Origin: Antedon mediterranea
Taxonomy: Eukaryota > Animalia > Echinodermata
Direction of reading: 5' to 3'
DNA: 64,000 nucleotides
Assembly: GCF_964355755.1 (NCBI RefSeq)
Contig: NC_092677.1
Location: 21,191,175-21,255,174, forward strand
The notes beneath the pieces are model-generated. The model did no database searches, was not told the DNA's origin, and saw nothing but the letters and a program-made list of their open reading frames with translations. Position numbers and translations under genes: made by a program. Below are positions 1-10,908 of this stretch, one piece after another (the stretch's first letter is position 1; each line of letters begins with the position of its first letter).

Positions 1-55
1 CGATGAAACTTGGTTACACAAAAACATCAAAGTGCTTAAAATCACATTAGAAACC

Positions 56-142
56 GTTTTAGACCATTTTGAGCATTTCGTTAAAACTTTTCACACAAAA
101 ACATCAAAGTCCACAAAATAGCTTAATATCGTATTTAAAAAC
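56..142 (+). repeat. Representative type C monomer (87 bp)
   Basis: GAGCATTTCGTTAAAACTTTTCACAC...GTCCACAAAATAGCTTAATATCGTATTTAAAAAC; follows B and precedes D. Confidence 0.93.
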
Positions 143-229
143 GTTTTAGACCATTTTGAGCATTTCGAAAAAACTTTTCCATACAAAACATCAAAGTTTA
201 CAAAATAGCTTCAAATCGCATTTGGAGAC
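143..229 (+). repeat. Representative type D monomer (87 bp)
   Basis: GAGCATTTCGAAAAAACTTTT(C/T)CA...GTTTACAAAATAGCTTCAAATCGCATTTGGAGAC; typically precedes a run of type A. Confidence 0.93.
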
Positions 230-405
230 GTTTTAGACCATTTTGTGATTTTCGAAAAAACTTGTTAACATAAAAACACCAAAGTGCTCAGAATACCTTC
301 AAATCGTATTTTGAGACGTTTTAGACAATTTTGTGATTTTCGAAAAAACTTGTTAACATAAAAACACCAAAGTGCTTAGAAAAGCTTCAAATCGCATTTG
401 GAGAC

Positions 406-550
406 GTTTTAGACCATTTTGTGCATTTCGATGAAACTTGGTTACACAAAAACATCAAAGTGCTTAAAATCACATTTTGAGCATTTCGTTAAAACTTTTC
501 ACACAAAAACATCAAAGAGCAAAAAATAGCTTAATATCGTATTTAAAAAC
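406..550 (+). repeat. Fused B+C unit (145 bp) made by a 20 bp junction deletion; recurs throughout the window
   Basis: AATCACATTTTGAGC replaces AATCACATT[AGAAACCGTTTTAGACCATT]TTGAGC, with CATT microhomology at the deletion ends. Anchor spacing 406 to 551 is 145 bp. Confidence 0.93.
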
Positions 551-899
551 GTTTTAGACCATTTTGAGCATTTCGACAAAACTTTTTCACACAAAACATC
601 AAAGTGTACAAAATAGCTTCAAATCGCATTTGGAGACGTTTTAACCCATTTTGAGCATTTCGATAAAATTTTACACACAAAAACATCAAAGTCCACAAAA
701 TAGCTTAATATCGTATTTAAAAACGTTTTAGACCATTTTGAGCATTTCGAAAAAACTTTTCCACACAAAACATCAAAGTTTACAAAATAGCTTCAAATCG
801 CATTTGGAGACGTTTTAGACCATTTTGTGATTTTCGAAAAAACTTGTTAACATAAAAACACCAAAGTGCTCAGAATACCTTCAAATCGCATTTGAAGAC

Positions 900-977
900 G
901 TTTTAGACCCTTTTGTGCATTTCGATGAAACTTGGTTACACAAAAACATCAAAGTGCTTAAAATCACATTAGAAACC
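900..977 (+). repeat. Representative type B monomer (78 bp; 10 bp deletion derivative)
   Basis: Contains TTCGATGAAACTTGGTTACAC and GTGCTTAAAATCACATTAGAAACC; 10 bp shorter than the GTGCTTAGAAAAGCTTCAAATC form. Confidence 0.93.
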
Positions 978-1560
978 GTTTTAGACCATTTTGAGCATTT
1001 CGTTAAAATTTTTCACAGAAAAACATCAAAGAGCAAAAAATAGCTTAATATCGTATTTAAAAACGTTTTAGACCATTTTGAGCATTTCGACAAAACTTTT
1101 TCACACAAAACATCAAAGTGTACAGAATAGCTTCAAATCGCATTTGGAGACGTTTTAACCCATTTTGAGCATTTCGATAAAATTTTACACACAAAAACAT
1201 CAAAGTGCACAAAATAGCTTAATATTATGGTATTTAAAAACGTTTTAGACCATTTTGAGCATTTCAACAAAACTTTTTCTCACAAAACATCAAAGTGTAC
1301 AGAATAGCTTCAAATCGCATTTGGAGACGTTTTAGACCATTTTGTGCATTTCGATGAAACTTGGTTACACAAAAACATCAAAGTGCTTAAAATCACATTT
1401 TGAGCATTTCGTTAAAACTTTTCACACAAAAACATCAAAGTCCACAAAATAGCTTAATATCGTATTTAAAAACGTTTTAGACCATTTTGAGCATTTCGAA
1501 AAAACTTTTCCACACAAAACATCAAAGTTTACAAAATAGCTTCAAATCGCATTTGGAGAC

Positions 1561-1648
1561 GTTTTAGACCATTTTGTGATTTTCGAAAAAACTTGTTAAC
1601 ATAAAAACACCAAAGTGCTCAGAATACCTTCAAATCGTGTTTTGAGAC
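1561..1648 (+). repeat. Representative type A monomer (88 bp), the most common type, found in runs of 1-6
   Basis: GTTTTAGACCATTTTGTGATTTTCGAAAAAACTTGTTAACATAAAAACACCAAAGTGCTCAGAATACCTTCAAATCG(C/T)(A/G)TTT(G/T)GAGAC; the next monomer starts at 1649. Confidence 0.97.
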
Positions 1649-3849
1649 GTTTTAGACCATTTTGTAATTTTCGAAAAAACTTGTTAACATAAAAACACCA
1701 AAGTGCTCAGAATACCTTCACATCGCATTTTGAGACGTTTTAGACCATTTTGTGATTTTCGAAAAAACTTGTTAACATAAAAACACCAAAGTGCTTAGAA
1801 AAGCTTGAAATCGCATTTGGAGACGTTTTAGACCATTTTGTGCATTTCGATGAAACTTGGTTAAAGTGCTTAAAATCACATTTTGAGCATTTCGTTAAAA
1901 CTTTTCACACAAAAACATCAAAGAGTAAAAAATAGCTTAATATCGTATTTAAAAACGTTTTAGGCCATTTTGAGCATTTCGACAAAATTTTTTCACACAA
2001 AACATCAAAGTGTACAGAATAGCTTTAAATCGCATTTGGAGACGTTTTAGACCATTTTGTTCATTTCGATGAAACAAAAACACAAAAACATCAAATTGCA
2101 CAAAATGGCTTAATATGATATGGGAAAACGTTTTAGACCATTTTGAACATTTCGTTAAAAGTTTTCACAAAAAAACATCAAAGTCCACAAAATAGCTTAA
2201 TATCGTATTTAAAAACGTTTTAGACCATTTTGAGCATTTTGAAAAAAATTTTTCACACAAAACATCAAAGTTTACAAAATAGCTTCAAATCACATTTGGA
2301 GACGTTTTAGACCATTTTGTGATTTTCGAAAAAACTTGTTAACATAAAAACACCAAAGTGCTCAGAATACCTTCAAATCGCATTTTGAGACGTTTTAGAC
2401 CATTTTGTGATTTTCGAAAAAACTTGTTAACATAAAAACACCAGAGTGCTCAGAATACCTTCAAATCGTGTTTTGAGACGTTTTAGACCATTTTGTGATT
2501 TTGGAAAAACTTGTTAACATAAAAACACCAAAGTGCTCAGAATACCTTCAAATCGCATTTGGAGACGTTTTAGACCATTTTGTGATTTTCGAAAAAACTT
2601 GTTAACATAAAAACACCAAAGTGCTCAGAAAAGCTTCAAATCGCAATTGGAGACGTTTTAAACCATTTTGTTCATTTCGATGAAACTTGGTTACACAAAA
2701 ACATCAAATTGCACAAAATGGCTTAATATGGTATGGGAAAACGTTTTAGACCATTTTGAACATTTCGAGAAAACTTTTTCACACAAAACTTCAAAGTGTA
2801 CAGAATAGCTTCAAATCGCATTAGAAACCGTTTTAGACCATTTTGAGCATTTCGAAAAAACTTTTTCACACAAAACATCAAAGTTTACAAAATAGCTTCA
2901 AATCGCATTTGGAGACGTTTTAGACCATTTTGTGATTTTCGAAAAAACTTGTTAACATAAAAACACCAAAGTGCTCAGAATACCTTCAAATCGTGTTTTG
3001 AGACGTTTTAGACCATTTTGTGATTTTCGAAAAAACTTGTTAACATAAAAACACCAAAGTGCTCAGAATACCTTCAAATCGCATTTTGAGACGTTTTAGA
3101 CCATTTTGTGATTTTCGAAAAAACTTGATAAAACAAAAACACCAAAGTGCTCAGAATACCTTCAAATCGTGTTTTGAGACGTTTTAGACCATTTTGTAAT
3201 TTTCGAAAAAACTTGTTAACATAAAAACACCAAAGTGCTCAGAATACCTTCACATCGCATTTTGAGACGTTTTAGACCATTTTGTGATTTTCGAAAAAAC
3301 TTGTTAACATAAAAACACCAAAGTGCTCAGAAAAGCTTCAAATCGCATTTGGAGACGTTTTAAACCATTTTGTTCATTTCGATGAAACTTGGTTACACAA
3401 AAACATCAAAGAGCACAAAAGTATTTAAAAACGTTTTAGACCATTTTGAGCATTCCGACAAAACTTTTTCACACAAAACATCAAAGTGTACAGAATAGCT
3501 TTAAATCGCATTTGGAGACGTTTTAGACCATTTTGTAGTTTTCGAAAAAACTTGTTAACATAAAAACACAAAAGAGCTTCAAATCGCATTTGGAGACGTT
3601 TTAGACCCTTTTGTGCATTTTCGATGAAACTTGGTTACACAAAAACATCAAAGTGCTTAAAATCACATTAGAAACCGTTTTAGACCATTTTGAGCATTTC
3701 GTTAAAACTTTTCACACAAAAACATCAAAGTCCACAAAATAGCTTAATATCGTATTTAAAAATGTTTTAGACCATTTTGAGCATTTCGAAAAAACTTTTC
3801 CACACAAAACATCAAAGTTTACAAAATAGCTTCAAATCGCATTTGGAGA

Positions 3850-5315
3850 CGTTTTAGACCATTTTGTGCATTTCGATGAAACTTGGTTACACAAAAACAT
3901 CAAAGTGCTTAAAATCACATTTTGAGCATTTCGTTAAAACTTTTCACACAAAAACATCAAAGAGTAATAAATAGCTTAATATCGTATTTAAAAACGTTTT
4001 AGACCATTTTGAGCATTTCGACAAAATTTTTTCACACAAAACATCAAAGTGTACAGAATAGCTTTAAATCGCATTTGGAGACGTTTTAGACCATTTTGTT
4101 CATTTCGATGAAACAAAAACACAAAAACATCAAATTGCACAAAATGGCTTAATATGATATGGGAAAACGTTTTAGACCATTTTGAACATATCGTTAAAAG
4201 TTTTCACACAAAAACATCAAAGTCCACAAAATAGCTTAATATCGTATTTAAAAACGTTTTAGACCATTTTGAGCATTTCGAAAAATTTTTTCACACAAAA
4301 CATCAAAGTTTACAAAATAGCTTCAAATCGCATTTGGAGACGTTTTAGACCATTTTGTGATTTTCGAAAAAACTTGTTAACATAAAAACACCAAAGTGCT
4401 CAGAATACCTTCAAATCGCATTTGGAGACGTTTTAGACCCTTTTGTGCATTTCGATGAAACTTGGTTACACAAAAACATCAAAGTGCTTAAAATCACATT
4501 AGAAACCGTTTTAGACCATTTTGAGCATTTCGTTAAAATTTTTCACAGAAAAACATCAAAGAGCAAAAAATAGCTTAATATCGTATTTAAAAACGTTTTA
4601 GACCATTTTGAGCATTTCGACAAAACTTTTTCACACAAAACATCAAAGTGTACAGAATAGCTTCAAATCGCATTTGGAGACGTTTTAACCCATTTTGAGC
4701 ATTTCGATAAAATTTTACACACAAAAACATCAAAGTGCACAAAATAGCTTAATATGGTATTTAAAAACGTTTTAGACCATTTTGTGCATTTCGATGAAAC
4801 TTGGTTACACAAAAACATCAAAGTGCTTAAAATCACATTTTGAGCATTTCGTTAAAACTTTTCACACAAAAACATCAAAGAGTAAAAAATAGCTTAATAT
4901 CGTATTTAAAAACGTTTTAGAACATTTTGAGCATTTCGACAAAATTTTTTCACACAAAACATCAAAGTGTACAGAATAGCTTTAAATCGCATTTGGAGAC
5001 GTTTTAGACCATTTTGTTCATTTCGATGAAACAAAAACACAAAAACATCAAATTGCACAAAATGGCTTAATATGATATGGGAAAACGTTTTAGACCATTT
5101 TGAACATATCGTTAAAAGTTTTCACACAAAAACATCAAAGTCCACAAAATAGCTTAATATCGTATTTAAAAACGTTTTAGACCATTTTGAGCATTTCGAA
5201 AAATTTTTTCACACAAAACATCAAAGTTTACAAAATAGCTTCAAATCGCATTTGGAGACGTTTTAGACCATTTTGTGATTTTCGAAAAAACTTGTTAACA
5301 TAAAAACACCAAAGT
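3850..5315 (+). repeat. Local duplication of ~0.55 kb (offset 918)
   Basis: GAACATATCG variant at 4190 and 5108; CGAAAAATTTTTT at ~4279 and ~5197. Confidence 0.75.
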
Positions 5316-5819
5316 ACTCAGAATACCTTCAAATGGCATTTTGAGACGTTTTAGACCATTTTGTGATTTTCGAAAAAACAACATAAAAACACCAAAGTGC
5401 TCAGAATACCTTCAAATCGCATTTGGAGACGTTTTAGACCATTTTGTGATTTTCGAAAAAACTTCATAAAAACACCAAAGTGCTCAGAATACCTTCAAAT
5501 CGCATTTGGAGACGTTTTAGACCATTTTGTGATTTTCGAAAAAACTTGTTAACATAAAAACACCAAAGTGCTCAGAATACCTTCAAATCGTATTTTGAGA
5601 CGTTTTAGACAATTTTGTGATTTTCGAAAAAACTTGTTAACATAAAAACACCAAAGTGCTTAGAAAAGCTTCAAATCGCATTTGGAGACGTTTTAGACCA
5701 TTTTGTGCATTTCGATGAAACTTGGTTACACAAAAACATCAAAGTGTACAGAATAGCTTCAAATCGCATTAGAAACCGTTTTAGACCATTTTAAGCATTT
5801 CGAAAAAACTTTTTCACAC

Positions 5820-6670
5820 AAAACATCAAAGTGTACAAAATAGCTTCAAATCGCATTTGGAGACGTTTTAGACAATTTTGTGATTTTCGAAAAAACTTGT
5901 TTACATAAAAACACCAAAGTGCTTAGAAAAGCTTCAAATCGCATTTGGAGACGTTTTAAACCATTTTGTTCATTTCGATGAAACTTGGTTACACAAAAAC
6001 ATCAAAGAGCACAAAAGTATTTAAAAACGTTTTAGACCATTTTGAGCATTCCGACAAAACTTTTTCACACAAAACATCAAAGTGTACAGAATAGCTTTAA
6101 ATCGCATTTGGAGACGTTTTAGACCATTTTGTAGTTTTCGAAAAAACTTGTTAACATAAAAACACAAAAGAGCTTCAAATCGCATTTGGAGACGTTTTAG
6201 ACCCTTTTGTGCATTTCGATGAAACTTGGTTACACAAAAACATCAAAGTGTACAAAATAGCTTCAAATCGCATTTGGAGACGTTTTAGACAATTTTGTGA
6301 TTTTCGAAAAAACTTGTTTACATAAAAACACCAAAGTGCTTAGAAAAGCTTCAAATCGCATTTGGAGACGTTTTAAACCATTTTGTTCATTTCGATGAAA
6401 CTTGGTTACACAAAAACATCAAAGAGCACAAAAGTATTTAAAAACGTTTTAGACCATTTTGAGCATTCCGACAAAACTTTTTCACACAAAACATCAAAGT
6501 GTACAGAATAGCTTTAAATCGCATTTGGAGACGTTTTAGACCATTTTGTAGTTTTCGAAAAAACTTGTTAACATAAAAACACAAAAGAGCTTCAAATCGC
6601 ATTTGGAGACGTTTTAGACCCTTTTGTGCATTTCGATGAAACTTGGTTACACAAAAACATCAAAGTGCTT
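5820..6670 (+). repeat. Tandem duplication of a 417 bp five-monomer block
   Basis: Marker CCGAC at 6051 and 6468 (offset 417 = 88+76+87+78+88). The homologous region at ~62100-62500 has one copy. Confidence 0.88.
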
Positions 6671-9600
6671 AAAATCACATTAGAAACCGTTTTAGACCAT
6701 TTTGAGCATTTCGTTAAAACTTTTCACACAAAAACATCAAAGTCCACAAAATAGCTTAATATCGTATTTAAAAACGTTTTAGACCATTTTGAGCATTTCG
6801 AAAAAACTTTTCCACACAAAACATCAAAGTTTACAAAATAGCTTCAAATCGCATTTGGAGACGTTTTAGACCATTTTGTGATTTTCGAAAAAACTTGTTA
6901 ACATAAAAACACCAAAGTGCTCAGAATACCTTCAAATCGTATTTTGACACGTTTTAGACAATTTTGTGATTTTCGAAAAAACTTGTTAACATAAAAACAC
7001 CAAAGTGCTTAGAAAAGCTTCAAATCGCATTTGGAGACGTTTTAGACCATTTTGTGCATTTCGATGAAACTTGGTTACACAAAAACATCAAAGTGCTTAA
7101 AATCACATTTTGAGCATTTCGTTAAAACTTTTCACACAAAAACATCAAAGAGCAAAAAATAGCTTAATATCGTATTTAAAAACGTTTTAGACCATTTTGA
7201 GCATTTCGACAAAACTTTTTCACACAAAACATCAAAGTGTACAAAATAGCTTCAAATCGCATTTGGAGACGTTTTAGACAATTTTGTGATTTTCGAAAAA
7301 ACTTGTTTACATAAAAACACCAAAGTGCTAAGAATAGCTTCCAATCGCATTTGGAGACGTTTTAGACCCTTTTGTGCATTTCGATGAAACTTGGTTACAC
7401 AAAAACATCAAAGTGCTTAAAATCACATTAGAAACCGTTTTAGACCATTTTGAGCATTTCGTTAAAACTTTTCACACAAAAACATCAAAGTCCACAAAAT
7501 AGCTTAATATCGTATTTAAAAACGTTTTAGACCATTTTGAGCATTTCGAAAAAACTTTTCCACACAAAACATCAAAGTTTACAAAATAGCTTCAAATCGC
7601 ATTTGGAGACGTTTTAGACCATTTTGTGATTTTCGAAAAAACTTGTTAACATAAAAACACCAAAGTGCTCAGAATACCTTCAAATCGCATTTGGAGACGT
7701 TTTAGACCCTTTTGTGCATTTCGATGAAACTTGGTTACACAAAAACATCAAAGTGCTTAAAATCACATTAGAAACCGTTTTAGACCATTTTGAGCATTTC
7801 GTTAAAATTTTTCACAGAAAAACATCAAAGAGCAAAAAATAGCTTAATATCGTATTTAAAAACGTTTTAGACCATTTTGAGCATTTCGACAAAACTTTTT
7901 CACACAAAACATCAAAGTGTACAGAATAGCTTCAAATCGCATTTGGAGACGTTTTAACCCATTTTGAGCATTTCGATAAAATTTTACACACAAAAACATC
8001 AAAGTGCACAAAATAGCTTAATATGGTATTTAAAAACGTTTTAGACCATTTTGAGCATTTCAACAAAACTTTTTCTCACAAAACATCAAAGTGTACAGAA
8101 TAGCTTCAAATCGCATTTGGAGACGTTTTAGACCATTTTGTGCATTTCGATGAAACTTGGTTACACAAAAACATCAAAGTGCTTAAAATCACATTTTGAG
8201 CATTTCGTTAAAACTTTTCACACAAAAACATCAAAGTCCACAAAATAGCTTAATATCGTATTTAAAAACGTTTTAGACCATTTTGAGCATTTCGAAAAAA
8301 CTTTTCCACACAAAACATCAAAGTTTACAAAATAGCTTCAAATCGCATTTGGAGACGTTTTAGACCATTTTGTGATTTTCGAAAAAACTTGTTAACATAA
8401 AAACACCAAAGTGCTCAGAATACCTTCAAATCGTGTTTTGAGACGTTTTAGACCATTTTGTAATTTTCGAAAAAACTTGTTAACATAAAAACACCAAAGT
8501 GCTCAGAATACCTTCACATCGCATTTTGAGACGTTTTAGACCATTTTGTGATTTTCGAAAAAACTTGTTAACATAAAAACACCAAAGTGCTTAGAAAAGC
8601 TTGAAATCGCATTTGGAGACGTTTTAGACCATTTTGTGCATTTCGATGAAACTTGGTTAAAGTGCTTAAAATCACATTTTGAGCATTTCGTTAAAACTTT
8701 TCACACAAAAACATCAAAGAGTAAAAAATAGCTTAATATCGTATTTAAAAACGTTTTAGACCATTTTGAGCATTTCGACAAAATTTTTTCACACAAAACA
8801 TCAAAGTGTACAGAATAGCTTTAAATCGCATTTGGAGACGTTTTAGACCATTTTGTTCATTTCGATGAAACAAAAACACAAAAACATCAAATTGCACAAA
8901 ATGGCTTAATATGATATGGGAAAACGTTTTAGACCATTTTGAACATTTCGTTAAAAGTTTTCACAAAAAAACATCAAAGTCCACAAAATAGCTTAATATC
9001 GTATTTAAAAACGTTTTAGACCATTTTGAGCATTTCGAAAAAACTTTTTCACAAAAAACATCAGAGTTTACAAAATAGCTTCAAATCGCATTTGGAGACG
9101 TTTTAGACCATTTTGTGATTTTCGAAAAAACTTGTTAACATAAAAACACCAAAGTGCTCAGAATACCGTCAAATCGCATTTTGAGACGTTTTAGACCATT
9201 TTTTGATTTTCGAAAAAACTTGTTAACATAAAAACACCAAAGTGCTCAGAATACCTTCAAATCGTGTTTTGAGACGTTTTAGACCATTTTGTGATTTTGG
9301 AAAAACTTGTTAACATAAAAACACCAAAGTGCTCAGAATACCTTCAAATCGCATTTGGAGACGTTTTAGACCATTTTGTGATTTTCGAAAAAACTTGTTA
9401 ACATAAAAACACCAAAGTGCTCAGAAAAGCTTCAAATCGCAATTGGAGACGTTTTAAACCATTTTGTTCATGTCGATGAAACTTGGTTACACAAAAACAT
9501 CAAATTGCACAAAATGGCTTAATATGGTATGGGAAAACGTTTTAGACCATTTTGAACATTTCGAGAAAACTTTTTCACACAAAACTTCAAAGTGTACAGA

Positions 9601-10820
9601 ATAGCTTCAAATCGCATTAGAAACCGTTTTAGACCATTTTGAGCATTTCGAAAAAACTTTTTCACACAAAACATCAAAGTTTACAAAATAGCTTCAAATC
9701 GCATTTGGAGACGTTTTAGACCATTTTGTGATTTTCGAAAAAACTTGTTAACATAAAAACACCAAAGTGCTCAGAATACCTTCAAATCGCATTTTGAGAC
9801 GTTTTAGACCATTTTGTGATTTTCGAAAAAACTTGTTAACATAAAAATACCAAAGTGCTCAGAATACCTTCAAATCGTGTTTTGAGACGTTTTAGACCAT
9901 TTTGTGATTTTCGAAAAAACTTGTTAACATAAAAACACCAAAGTGCTCAGAATACCTTCAAATCGCATTTGGAGACGTTTTAGACAATTTTGTGATTTTC
10001 GAAAAAACTTGTTAACATAAAAACACCAAAGTGCTTAGAAAAGCTTGAAATCGCATTTGGAGACGTTTTAGACCATTTTGTGCATTTCGATGAAACTTGG
10101 TTACACAAAAACATCAAAGTGCTTAAAATCACATTTTGAGCATTTCGTTAAAACTTTTCACACAAAAACATCAAAGAGTAATAAATAGCTTAATATCGTA
10201 TTTAAAAACGTTTTAGACCATTTTGAGCATTTCGACAAAATTTTTTCAAACAAAACATCAAAGTGTACAGAATAGCTTTAAATCGCATTTGGAGACGTTT
10301 TAGACCATTTTGTTCATTTCGATGAAACAAAAACACAAAGACATCAAATTGCACAAAATGGCTTAATATGATATGGGGAAACGTTTTAGACCATTTTGAA
10401 CATTTCGTTAAAAGTTTTCACACAAAAACATCAAAGTCCACAAAATAGCTTAATATCGTATTTAAAAACGTTTTAGACCATTTTGAGCATTTCGAAAAAA
10501 CTTTTTCACACAAAACATCAAAGTTTACAAAATAGCTTCAAATCGCATTTGGAGACGTTTTAGACCATTTTGTGATTTTCGAAAAAACTTGTTAACATAA
10601 AAACACCAAAGTGCTCAGAATACCTTCAAATCGCATTTTGAGACGTTTTAGACCATTTTGTGATTTTCGAAAAAACTTGTTAACATAAAAACACCAAAGT
10701 GCTCAGAATACCTTCAAATCGCATTTGGAGACGTTTTAGACCATTTTGTGATTTTCGTAAAAACTTGTTAACATAAAAACACCAAAGTGCTTAGAAAAGT
10801 TTCAAATCGCATTTGGAGAC

Positions 10821-10908
10821 GTTTTAGACCATTTTGTTCATTTCGATGAAACTTGGTTACACAAAAACATCAAATTGCACAAAATGGCTTAATATGGTAT
10901 GGGAAAAC
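10821..10908. repeat. Monomer variant showing the internal inverted repeat most clearly (arms 10822-10848 and 10868-10894)
   Basis: Left arm TTTTAGACCATTTTGTTCATTTCGATG versus reverse complement of right arm TATTAAGCCATTTTGTGCAATTTGATG: 21/27 identity, ungapped. Confidence 0.85.

Noticed and set aside
76-92. CENP-B-box-like TTTCGTTAAAAC
   Set aside because: Only the TTCG....A part matches; the essential CGGG of the 17 bp box is absent.
3610-3630. Single-base homopolymer length variants (also ~21491, ~30331, ~33141, ~59126)
   Set aside because: Ordinary slippage or sequencing error in A/T runs; not informative alone.
10821-10908. Integron attC sites, intrinsic terminators or tRNA-like folds suggested by the hairpin
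   Set aside because: No gene cassettes or integrase, no GC-rich stem with U-tract, and no cloverleaf or A/B boxes.
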